DNA from: Geosiphon pyriformis uo1
Lineage: Eukaryota; Fungi; Glomeromycota
Length of the DNA stretch: 64,000 bases
Direction: 5' to 3'
NCBI GenBank assembly: GCA_016748015.1
Contig: JAAOMT010000514.1
Span: 237,866 to 301,865 of the forward strand
The notes under the pieces were generated by a model, which did not search any database, was not told the DNA's origin, and saw nothing but the letters and a program-made list of their open reading frames with translations. Within the stretch, counting starts at the first letter, position 1, and each line of letters begins with the position of its first letter. Of this stretch, positions 12,870 through 24,399 are shown in pieces. The position numbers and the translations under genes are program-made.

Positions 12870-13267
12870 ACAGAATTAGTTCCCATCAATTGTTGTGATT
12901 AAGAACAATTGGTCTAAATTGTTAAGGTTTGAGGCATTTATGCTAATGGCATCTGTTCTAAAATGAAAGTAGAAAATACTGATTTTAATTTTTTTTTTAA
13001 TTGAAATCCGTAATATTGGCAAACATGAAGTGGTAAATTGAATTTCTTTTTGGTTTTTGATATTTTATTGTATTTCAAACTATGGATATATGATAAGTAT
13101 AATACAAAGTAAAATTGATTGCTAATTTACTGTCTTTTCAACTTTTACAACTATTTGCTTTTATACATTTTTTTGGTTTTACAGTATTGCTTTCAATTGC
13201 TTTACTATTGCTAGCTATAGCTTGTTATTGCTAGCTATTGCTCACATTTGCTAGCTATTGCTCATGT

Positions 13268-14157
13268 TGTTACAGATGTTTATTTGGAGTCTCAAGTCAA
13301 ATAACAAATCCATAACTTGGTGCTTGATTGGTATTCCAATATTGAGATCTGAAGGTTTTGGTAATCTGAAGGTTTATTGTGAAGTTCTTTTGTATAATAG
13401 ACAGAGATTTAATAGTTGTTTCAGTAGCCTTCCAGAATTGCAATTCTGTCAAATTTCTTTCTCAGCATGATGGCCAGTAATCTTTCTGGTAAGTTATTCT
13501 CAAATCTATAAGTGTTTTACCCTTGTTTCACAGGTTTTTTACCAGTCCCTATGATGTCTGTATTTCAGCGCTTAATCCTTAATCAATTTAGTAAAACCAA
13601 AGAAATAACAAAATAGGAAATAAAAGAAAAATAAAGAAGAATAAAGAAATAAACAAAAGCAATTACAAGTTAGTATTCCATTAATAGCTGTAATCAAGAG
13701 CTATTGTTCTAGCAAGGTTAAGTATCAATTACTATCAACATGAAGTGTTAATCATGGAGAGTGGATTTGGATGGTGAATGATTTATTTATTTAATATTTG
13801 TAGATAGAAAATTTCTAACTAAGGGATTCTTATGGAAAGATTCTGCCTTTTTCTACTTTTAACACTACTGTTATATATACATAATTGATGTTTTACAAGA
13901 TTGCTCACATTTCCGAGCAATGTGCTATGATTTTTTGAGCAATGCTTATATTGCTGAGCAATATGCTCTAATTTTCTAATATTGCTCCACATTGCTGAAC
14001 AATGTGCCATGTTTTCTGACATTGTTCCACATTGCTGAGCAATGTGCCATGATTTTTAACATTGCTTTACATTGCTAAGCAATATGCTCATGTGCTAAAT
14101 ACTATTCTCTCATTGGTCTGCTATTTTTTATATCTGTTTTCTTTTTTATGAGTAATA
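13268..14157 (-). repeat. 3' LTR of family B element
   Basis: Direct repeat of 33229-34095. Confidence 0.93.
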
Positions 14158-14170
14158 TTATCTCCTTCTT

Positions 14171-14805
14171 TTAATATTGAGCTCCATTAAAATCTTTGTT
14201 TTGAATTAATTCTAATACTTTTTTTTCAAGTATTGTTTGTTCAACTCTGTTTCTCACTTCTTCTACTTGTGTATTATTTATTTTTTCCTATTGGTTAATG
14301 GTTATAGTTTCCATGTTAGAGTGTAACAGTATTTCTGGATAGTTCTGAAATATGTTGTGCAGTCAATAAATTGTTCTCACATGTAGTGTTGAGTTCATCT
14401 TTTTTCCAATAAATTCTTCAATTTGCTGTATTATGTTTTGGTTAAATATTCTCTTGGATTTGTTGATATACAGTTCTTGAATATTCAACTTTCGACCTAA
14501 CTGGTAGTAACAGTATGATATTGAAAGTTGTTTTGTCTATTGCTTCCAATTCTTTTTTGTAAGTTTTTCTGTCAGTGCTGTAATAGATATTTTTCCAAAA
14601 GTGTTCTTTACTTTTTCTATTATGTTATCTGACCAGTTTTTATCATTTTTTGGTAGTCACTGATATGGTGTATTCTTTGTCTTTTTTGGGTGTTTCGATA
14701 GCAAATTATTTGGTTGTTAATAACAATTTCCATGTCTAACTGTTGTTTACTTAAGGCCTGGAATAATTGTTGAACTATAGTGTAGATATGATCTGGTATT
14801 TCCAT
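14171..14805 (-). pseudogene. Family B ORF3 (unknown function; frameshift and stops)
   Basis: MEIPDHIYTIVQQLFQALSKQQLDMEIVINNQIICY...SYCYYQLGRKL...RTIY*LHNIFQNYPE...DFNGAQY*, between IN and PPT. Confidence 0.65.
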
Positions 14806-14879
14806 TTTTTTTTCTTGGTTGCTTTTGTTGTGTGTACTGTGTCTTTATATATTCTTTTAGTTGTTCAATTTAACATGTT

Positions 14880-16240
14880 TGGTTCAATAACTATGATTGG
14901 TTTCAGATCTTGTGGAATCTCATCTGGTTGAACTAGTATTCTTTGTACTCCCAGTTGTGAAATGTTATTGGTAGATGATGATGCTATCTGGTGATATGGT
15001 TTCAGTTGATCACTATGTGCTGCTTTGACTAAGATTTTGTTGTTCCATCTTAGTTTATAAGCTCCATTTCCAAGAATTTTTTCTATGTAAAATGGTCTGT
15101 CTCATTTGGAGTCAAATTTTCTACTCCATTGTTTTTCCGCTTTGGTGTGATGTAAAAATACTTTGTCTCCAATCTTGAATTCAACTGGTTTATCTGGTAG
15201 TTGGTTATCATGTCTTTTTTTTTGTTTTTCTTGTGACTTCTGAATGTTATTGGCTGCTTTTTGTCACTTGTTTTCTAGAGTTTCTATCAAGTCATATGTT
15301 TTTCTTAGCAATGTTTCCTGAAAATTATCTTCAGTTATTGGTTCCACTGGATAAGTATTGACTTCTATCTCAACTGGTAATGTTGCTGTTCTACTGTATA
15401 CTAATTCAAATAGTGTTGTTTGTGTAGTGTCTTGCTTCATTGTCTGATAAGCAAATAATACTGATGGTATGAACAAATCCCATTTGTCCTGGTTTTTTTG
15501 ACTAATCTTGGCAATTGCTTCACACAGTGTTCTATTGAATTTTTCAACTAATCCATTGGTTTGTGGATAATATGGTGATGACAATGGTCTTTTGATTCCA
15601 AATTTTTGACTTAATTCTGTTAATATTCTATTCACAAAATGAGTTCCTTGATCTAATAGTAGTTTTTTTGGACATCCATGTTGACATATCAAATTTTGAT
15701 GAACAAATTTGGCAACAAATTCTGCATCTGCTCTTTGAATGGCTTTTGCTTTTGGCCATTTAGTAAGATAATCTATGGCTACTGCAATATATCTGTTGTC
15801 TTTACTGGTAATTGTTAATGGTCTGACTAAGTCAATTCCAATGTGATCAAATAGTTGTCCCACTTTAATTGGTCTTAATAGTTCACTGGGTTTTGTTCTT
15901 CCTCTTTTCTGACAAGCATCACAATTTTGAACATATTGGATGATATTTGGATACATTGATGGCCAAAAATATCTTTTTCTGATTCTTTTTATGGTCACTT
16001 CTTTATGAAAATGTCCTGCTGTTGGATCTAAGTGCATGTTGAATAATATTGTCTCTTTCTCTGGTTCTGTGATTACTCTAATTGGTTGATCTGGATTTCT
16101 TCTGTTCTTCCAGTAGAGTACATTTTGATGATTAATAAAATATTTTGATTGTTGTTTTATGTTGTTTTGTTCTTTTTGAGATAATTTCTCCTTGAATGAT
16201 TGAGTATTTATATAATACTGGAGTTGTTAGTATTTTTGTG
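14880..16240 (-). pseudogene. Gypsy integrase (family B)
   Basis: HLDPTAGH...CDAC, IDLVRPL, DQGTHF, YPQTNGLVEKFN, PFYI. No chromodomain seen. Confidence 0.92.
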
Positions 16241-16249
16241 TGTTTATTT

Positions 16250-17431
16250 TTTGTTATATTTTTTGGGTTGAAATGTTTTTAGATTTGTCTTATTCATAAC
16301 AGTCTGTTGGCATTTCCATTGTCTTTTCCCTTTTTATAATATATGGTATAATTAAATGGTAAAAGTTCTATTTTTCATTTGGCATGGCGATTGTCTGCAA
16401 ATTTTTGTTTTTGGATTGAAGTCAATCTTTTGTGATCCATATATATTTCAAACTTTTGGCTCAAGTATTCTCTCCATTTCATGACTGCTCAATAAATTGC
16501 TAAGTGTTCCAATGCTGGTGTTCTATAGTTTTTTTTGGCTGGACTTAAGCTTCTACTGGCATAAACTACTGAATGTTTTTTTCTATCTGGTCCTTTCTGT
16601 GATAGTACTGCTCCCAATGTTTAACCTAATGCATTAGTCATGATGATAAATGGTTTGTTGTAATCTGGATACATCAATACTAGAGCTTGGATAAGCTTTC
16701 TTTTCAATGTGTCAAATGTTTCTTGTTGAGCTTCCGTCCATTCATACTTTACATTCTTGGTTTGTAGCTGGTGAAGTGGCTAAGCTAGTTTAGAAAAGTT
16801 TTTGATGAAGCAGCAATAATAGTCTGTGAATCCCAAAAATGTTCTTAGTTCTGGCAAATTTGTTGGTACTGGAAAGTTCTTTACTATTGTAATCTTGTCT
16901 GAATCTGTTTTAATACCATCTTTGCTTACCACATGTCTCAAAAACTTGAGCTCAGTTTTTCTAAAGAAGTATTTGTTGTCATTTAGTTTCAATTCTGCTC
17001 ATCTAAGTCTTTTGAATACTTGTTCGAGATAATATAGATGGTTATCAAATGTCTTGGAGAATACATTTGTGTTATCTAAGTAAACAACTACAGATTTCTA
17101 TAGTAAGCCAGTATATACAATTTCCATAAGCCATTGAAATGTTGCTGAAGCATTTATCAAGCCGAATGGCATGACTTCAAACTCAAAATTTCTCTCTCTT
17201 GTGGTAAATACTGTTTTTTTTTTGTCAGCTAGATCCATGACTACTTGCCAGTAACTATTATCTAAATTCAGTGTTGAGAACCATTTATTTCCTTCAAAAG
17301 TGTTGAATAATTCTTGGATTTTTGGAGTTAGATAGCTATCACTTTTAGTTACTCCATTTAGTTTTCGATAATCCACACAAAACTGGATTTTTCCATTCTT
17401 TTTCCAGACTAGTACCACTGGTGATGACCAT
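16250..17431 (-). pseudogene. Gypsy RT and RNase H (family B, distal part)
   Basis: FCVDYRKLN, MPFGLINA, VYLDN, FLRHVVSKDGIKTD. Confidence 0.92.
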
Positions 17432-18420
17432 TGTTACTGGAGGTTTTTGGTCTTTTTTCTTGAATGTTGTAAATGTCTGTTGGTTGCAAATTTACGTTTT
17501 TTAGAAGTAGTTGAACCTCCAATAACTGAATTTATCTTCAAATTATCTCCTATAATTTGAACTGCTGGGCTTATGAGTGGAATGGCCAATTTTGTGCCAG
17601 TTACTTTATGTAGTTACGTTGTAATAAATATCAACTCTTTCCCAGGAATTGCTTATTTGGAAGCTCACTAAAATATGTAGTTACTTTGCTGTGAAAATCA
17701 ACTCTTCTACAGGAATTTTGTCTGTAGGCTACCTTAATAATTGTAATAAGAAAATACAAAAAAATAAAAGAAATGTAAAAGAAATAGAATTTTATCAAGG
17801 GAAATATTTTCTATTTAGGCCTGGAGTCACTAACAGTTTACTGAAATTGGTAGCTAATCAATTTCGAAATGTTAGTTGGGTTTTGGGAATTTTCCAAGTG
17901 CAATAATTAAAGAATTTGGTTTTTCAAATTATTTGATATTTATTTCTTTTTGTGTGTATAGGAACAGTTCTAAGGGATAAATCTAAAGTAAAATACATTT
18001 TTTTGAAGAAAAAAGCTTTTCTTTTATACAACTTGTTGTAATACTAGTCTATGAACTTGCACTTTTTCTCTTTGCTCAAATTTCGGCAAACTAAAGATAC
18101 ATTTTGATGAACTACAAGTTATTTCGCTGAACTATTGATTAATTTGGATGAACTATTCATAATTTCAGCGAATTTCTATAAATTTTGGCGAATTTCATAT
18201 AAATTTTGGCGAATTTCTGTAAATTTCGGCGAATTTTAGAATGTTACAAAGTTCAGGATATTGTGTAATTTGATCATCTTACTTTCTGTTGTACTAATTG
18301 GATTATTAATTGAATCGTGATATGTGATAAATTGATTAAATAATAAGTAATAATTTGGATTGATATTAATATGTTAATTACTGATAGGAATTATAAGAAT
18401 AATTTCATGCTAATTAATAG

Positions 18421-19128
18421 CTAAAATTCTACTGGTAACATAACCTCTTCCTCAAGACTGAGCTCTATTGAAGTCCAAGCACTATCTGTAATGTCAAGAT
18501 AGTGGTCCAAGATAATTGAAATGATTTGCTCTGAAAATTGTTGAAATTTCAGTTTTGTGAGCTTTCCAATATATTGTATTTTCAATGATTGAAGTATTGG
18601 GCTTTGTAGGACGTTTTCACAAATATTAAACAAATCATAGAATTTAAAAGCTGCTCTAAGTTTGTAGCAAGTGTTTGTTGGTCCAGCTGCTGTTTTGAAT
18701 TCATTGTGAATTTGTTTTTGTATAGCTTCAGGAGTGAGATTTGTTGCTTTAAGTTTCAGTTTTCATTCATAAAGTGTCTTTCCAATGTGAAAGTATTTAT
18801 AGATAGGGGTGTATTCATTGTTCTGTTCATTGAAAAGTAGTAGAAGTTTTTGTTGTATTGTAGCATTTGGTGGAATGTTCATAAGGGCAATTAAAAGATT
18901 TTTTTCTAGTGCTTGCTTCAAAAGTCTTGGTAACCTATTTTCAGAGTGACTTTTTGTTTTTCTTCTATAGAGGTGATAGTTCTGTGAATAATTTGCTACT
19001 GAGGCTGTGGTTTTTTTCTAAATGTAATTAATTTGACTTCCATTAATTGTTATGGATAAGTCAGGAAGTGTTTTCAAGGCTAATATTAACTTTTGAGATA
19101 TTTGTTGAATATTTCGGAGAATAATCAT
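18421..19128 (-). pseudogene. Family C ORF3 (about 235 codons, 2 internal stops)
   Basis: MIILRNIQQISQKLILALKTLPDLSITINGSQINY...YKYFHIGKTLYE*KLKL...AAFKFYDLFNICE...IGKLTKLKFQQF...EEEVMLPVEF. Single frame ending inside the LTR. Confidence 0.72.
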
Positions 19129-19299
19129 GATAAAATTGATTAATTATGAAAAGAGAGAATAAAGAAAATTATTTTTTGGATATGAAGTTTTTATTTGTTT
19201 TTGGGTTTGGGTGTTTTTTGTAATTATTTACTATTTTTGTCTTTGTGTTTTTATTAGAGAATTATTGTAAAATTTAAGTGTTTAAGTTTGGTTGTTGTT

Positions 19300-20660
19300 C
19301 TATTATAATTATTGGTTCTAAATTTCGGAGAATATCTTCAAGATTAATTAAAAGGAAATGTGTACCAATTTGTGAAATTAATGTTTTAGAATTGTTTCTG
19401 GAATGATAGTGTTTCAATTTGTCTCTATATGCAACTTTTGCTAGTATTTTGTCATCAAGTCTTAACTTGTATGATCCATTGCCTAGAATTTCGTAAATAT
19501 AAAATGGTCCATCTCATTTGTTTTCAAATTTCTCACTCCATTGTTTTTCAGCCTTAGTTCTGTGTAAGAGAACTTTATTTTCAACTTTAAATTCGTTGGT
19601 AATAGGTGGTAATTTGTTGTTATATCTTTCTTTTTGTTGAGCTTGGAAATGTTCAATATGAGTTGCTGCTATTCTTTTTTTTTCTTCCAGTGTACTAAAA
19701 AGAGTGTAGACCCTTCTTTAAAGTGTTTTTTGAAAGTTTTTTTCATTGATTGGTTGCACTGGGTATGTTTTTACTGTGAAATTAATTGGTAATATTGCTG
19801 TCCTTCCATAAGTAAGATCAAATGATGTGTGTTTTGTAATATCTTGTTTTAGTGTTCTGTATGCTAGTAACACTGATGGAATAAAAATATTCTATTCCTG
19901 CTCAAAGTCTGTTGAGACTTTGGCTAGAGATTTACACAATGTTCTGTTGAAATGTTCTACAAGTCTATTTGTTTAAGGATGATAAGATGATGATAGAGGT
20001 CTTTTGACATTGAATCATTCACAAATTTCTTGTATCAAGTTGTTCACAAAATGTGTTCCTTGATCAGATAAAAGTTCAATTGGACATTCATGTCTACAAA
20101 TAATGTCTTCATAGATGAAATTTGCTACTGATTTTGTATCTGCTCTTTGGATGGCTCTAGCTTCAGGCCATTTGGTAAGATAATCTACTGCAATTGCAAT
20201 ATAACGATTTTCTTGGGTTGTGATAGGTAATGGTCCAACTAAATCAATTCCAACTCTGTTAAAAGGTTGTCCAACTTTGATTGGATTTAAAGGTTCTGTG
20301 GGGCGAGTTTCTTCTTTTTTTTGACAACTATTACAAGATTCTACATATTGTTAAATGTTTTTTTGCATGTGAGGCCAAAAATAATGTTCAAGGGTTCTTT
20401 GAATTGTTCTATTTCTTCCCAAGTGTGCTGAAGATGAATCTGTGTACATGTTGTATAAAATTGTTTTTTTTTTATTCTCTTATACTAATCTGAGTGGTTG
20501 GTTTGGATTTCTGTGATTTTTATAATAGATTTTGTTCTGGTGTATAAAATATTGTTTTGATTGGTGTTGTAAACGATGTTTTTTACTTGGAAACCAGTTT
20601 TTTGGCATGATAAGGGTCTCCAAATAATTTTTAAGATTGCTGTAATTTCTGAAATCCATT
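19300..20660 (-). pseudogene. Gypsy integrase (family C)
   Basis: IDLVGPL, DYLTKWPEA, SDQGTHF, DGPFYI read on the minus strand, with many stops. Confidence 0.88.
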
Positions 20661-20719
20661 CTTGTTTGGTTATTTTGTTGGTAAATTGGTAAGTTGTGGT
20701 GGAATTGTTGTTGGTATTA

Positions 20720-22100
20720 ATCTTGTCTCATTTTTAAGAGGCTATCAACATTGGTATGTAGTTTTTCTGATTTGTGGTATACAATATATCTGTAGTCTGC
20801 TAGGAAGTTATTCCATCAAGACTGTTTGGCACTTTGTTCAGTTTTTTTTTTATTGAGCCATTTGAGACCAATATTGTCTGTTATTATGTCAATTCTTTTC
20901 CATTTTTCAGATATTGTTGAAAATGTTTAAGAGCCCAAATAACTGCAGCAGCTTCTAATTCAGTTGAGCCATATTTTAGTTCTGTTGGTTTGAGTGTTTT
21001 ATTAGCATAAGCAATGACTTGTTTTTGGTCATTTTCATCTACTTGTAATAAGATAGCACTGAATGCTATGTGTGAAGCATTAGTGGCTAGTTGAAATCGT
21101 TTGTTGAAGTCTGGATAAGCAAGAACTGGAGCTGTTGTCAGCTTTGTTTTGAGGGTTTCAAATGCTTTTTGTTGTTCTTCAGTCTATTTGTATGGCACAT
21201 TTTTATTGGTGAGATAATTGAGTGGTTTGGCAATTTCTGAGAATTCTTTGATGAATTTTTGATAATAGGAGACTAATCCTACAAATCCTTGTAGCTCTGT
21301 GGTATTTTTGGGAGTTTGGAAGTTTTTGACAGCACTGATTGTTCCAGGGTTTGGTTTAACTCCATTTTTGCTAACAATGTGTCCAAAAAAAATTAAGCTT
21401 GTTTTTTCAAAGTGACATTTCTCAATATTCAACTTCAATCCTGCTTTCTGTAATCATTGAAAAACTTCTCGCAGGTGAATAAGATGGACTTCAAAGCTTG
21501 GTGAGTACACATTAGTGTTATCAAGGTAAACAACTACTGATTGCCATAAGAGTCCTTCATATACAACATCTATGAGTCATTGGAATGTTGTTGGTGCATT
21601 GCAGAGTCCAAAAAACATAAAATTGAACTCATAGTTTCCTCCTTGGGTGGTGAATGCTGTTTTGGGTCGGTCTTTTGGGTTTATTTTGACTTGCCAATAT
21701 CCACTTTCCAAGTTTAAAGTTAAGAAGAACTTGGTTTTTCCTAGAGCATCTAGCATGTCATCAATTCTTGAAAGAGAGTAGGCATCTCCAATTGTCACAC
21801 TGTTTAATTGGCAATAGTCAACACAAAATCTGATTTTTCCATTTTTTTTTTGATAAAAACTACTGGTAAGGCCCAAGGACTTCTTGATGGTTGAATCAAT
21901 CCGTTATTGAGCATTCTCTGGACTTCTTCTCTGATAAATTGGTGGCTGGCAGGTGGCACTCTGTAAGCTTGCTGATGTTTTGGTAAAGCATCTCCTGTAT
22001 GAATCTAATGTTGAACTATATCTATTTTTCTCAGGTCATTGTTGTCTTTTGCAAATATATCTGCAAATTCAGCTATCAATTGTTTCAATTGTCTTTGTTG
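20720..22100 (-). pseudogene. Gypsy RT and RNase H (family C)
   Basis: IRFCVDY, PKTAFTT, FGLCNAP, FFGHIVSKNGVKP. Confidence 0.92.
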
Positions 22101-22559
22101 TTAAGGTTCTAAGAGACCCATGTTGATTCGAAAAAGTTTTTCTTCCAAAAAGTGGTAGTTTTCAGTAGTAAGAATGATATTTGGATTTGGGAGTAAAGTG
22201 TGCCTTACAATTTCGATGAAATTAGAGACAATTTGAGGGTTTTTATCTTGAAAAATATTGCTGTGTATGATTCCAATCTCTAGTTTGTTTAATAAGACAA
22301 TAGGGTAATTATTGGGATTGTAGAATGTAACTTGAAATTTTTTTATTCCTTTGGGAATATAAACGTTTGGAATTGAGATTTCATGCTTCAAACAGATTTG
22401 TTCATTGGATTCAAAGATTTGTTGTGTAGTGATGAGTTTTGAGCAAGTGTAAATTTCGTGATGTTCTCCAAAAGATGAAATGGTAATTGGCTGGGGAAGT
22501 TGAAAAATCTGGTGAAATTTATTTTGTGTATTAAGAGCTATGTTTACTGAAACTGTAAA

Positions 22560-22990
22560 TTGTTCAGTTGAACCAAAACCTTGAGTTCCTCTTTCACTTT
22601 TTCCCAATTGTTCTCTGTTGTTTACTGATTGTAAACCCGAAATGTTGATTAAAGGTAAGTAAATTGCTTGAGCAATTTTTTCAGCATGTTCAATTTTGAA
22701 TGGTTTGTTTGTCTCATTTTGTAACATGATGGTAATGTCTTCAGTATATCTTGCATCTATAACTTCTCCTCTAATATTGATTCCTTTGCTTGCCAATGAT
22801 GATCTGGAGGCAATTTGAACCATTGCTCTTAGTAGAATTTCAAGAGCAATTTTGAGATTGATTTTTGTTAAGGACTTTGGTTAGAGAACCAAAGTATCTT
22901 TTCCTGGGTATCTTAGGTCATATCCAGCATCAATTTTGTGTGCTTTTTCTGGTCTGATTTCTTGGCCATAGTTGTCAAAATATTTAAGTT
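22560..22990 (-). pseudogene. dUTPase domain within pol (family C)
   Basis: Motifs I-V: DAGYDL, ASRSSLA, G(E)VID(AR)Y, IAQ, RGTQGFGST. Confidence 0.93.
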
Positions 22991-23099
22991 GTAGAGGTAA
23001 TTGCTTTTCAAGAAAATAGATGAAGGTGGTTGGTAGTTCTTCTACTAGTTCAAATACTCCAAATTCGATTTCATTTTCATCATTCTCATCTGGCAGAGG

Positions 23100-23780
23100 A
23101 ATGCTAAGAGCATAACATTCTAAACACCATTGGTCATCACAAGGCATAACACATTCTTTACACAATTGAATGTTTATTTGCTCTAATCATTGAATTTGAA
23201 CTTCTTTGGTCGGATATGTGTGGCTTGCAATTTGGTGGTAGGTTTCTACTTCATCTTCATAATCAAATCCAGCTAATTCCATGGTATACTCAATGTATTC
23301 AGCTTCTTTCATTTAGTAGACATCTTCTTGGGTGGCTCCATTGATCAATGCCATTGCTAGGTCAAAAATCATTTCAGCATTATGAGGATAGTAGTAAAGT
23401 TTATTGAGAGCACTGTTGTATGCTGCATCAAATAGTGTTTTTCTTCTGACTTTTTCCAAAATTGATAGAGCATATTGACAGGTCTGATCACATACTCCTC
23501 CTCTTATTGCTACATCAATCCAATTGTATTCTTCTGGTAGCCTTTCTCTACAAGTAAGGCAAAGAGTTTTGTCCCATTTTTTACTTCTCTTTGGGGATCC
23601 AAATCGTTCTCTATGGCATGCCTTGCAGAAGTAACAAGTGCAAGTTTCGTATTCTTCTTCTGGGGAAACACAGGCTCCTATAGATGAAAGCTTTTTTTTG
23701 CAATCTTTGTATTTTAGTAGAATGTATGGTGGTTCTTTTTGTGGTTCTGGTGTGGAATATCTAACTTTCTTCCATCCTCT
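23100..23780 (-). pseudogene. Cys-rich putative zinc-binding region of pol (family C)
   Basis: YFCKACH, CLTC, CDQTC, CKEC..PC...WCLEC. Confidence 0.6.
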
Positions 23781-23899
23781 TGCTTCTTCAAAAATCTCTT
23801 GTTCTGTTTCCTCAGCCCAATTGGATGGTAATCCAAGAGCCATGTAAGTTTCAGTAAGTGGCATTTCTTTTTCTTCTTCAAATTCAAATACTGGAGCTT

Positions 23900-24300
23900 T
23901 TTCTGATTGTTTGTTAAAAATACCACAGGTTGCAGGTACTATGGTATATTGTCCTTGGTATGAGATTTTAAGTTCTTGAGTTTCCCAGTTCAGGTTTGCA
24001 TTGGCCTTAAGAAGCCAATTATTTCCGACTAAAGCTTAGTATTGGGGTGCATTTATAACAAGAACTTTAACTGGAATGGTGATTCCATTAATTGTAAAGG
24101 AAAAATTATCAATTTTTTCTACTGGAGTCTTCTTTATACTATCAGCTGTGACAATAACTGTTTGAGCTAGTCTGTTTACATTTTGTTTGAGTTGTTGTAT
24201 CAGCTGGTAAGTGATGATACTTCCAGCCGATCCACTATCTAAAATTAAGCGAATGGGTTTTCCTTCCATTGTAGCTTCTGTGTACATAACAGTAATTGCT
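23900..24300 (-). pseudogene. Gypsy aspartic protease (family C)
   Basis: LILDSGSAGSII...ALVGNNWL. Confidence 0.88.
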
Positions 24301-24399
24301 TTCTGTTTATTGACTGCTGCATTATTAAGCAGAAATGGTGATTCATTTGCTTCAAATTCAAATGGAAATATATCTGACAGATTGGTATTTTGGGCAATT

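Noticed and set aside
13900-14100. Palindromic repeat arrays as CRISPR
   Set aside because: Spacers are themselves repeated, the arrays lie in LTRs, there are no cas genes and the context is eukaryotic.
14171-14805. ORF3 as a retroviral env
   Set aside because: Too short, basic and hydrophilic; no signal peptide, TM anchor or fusion peptide seen.
14820-14990. Chromodomain at the integrase C-terminus
   Set aside because: After the GPF motif the frames end in short P.I.I tails in all families, with no Y.V..I / YLVKW pattern.
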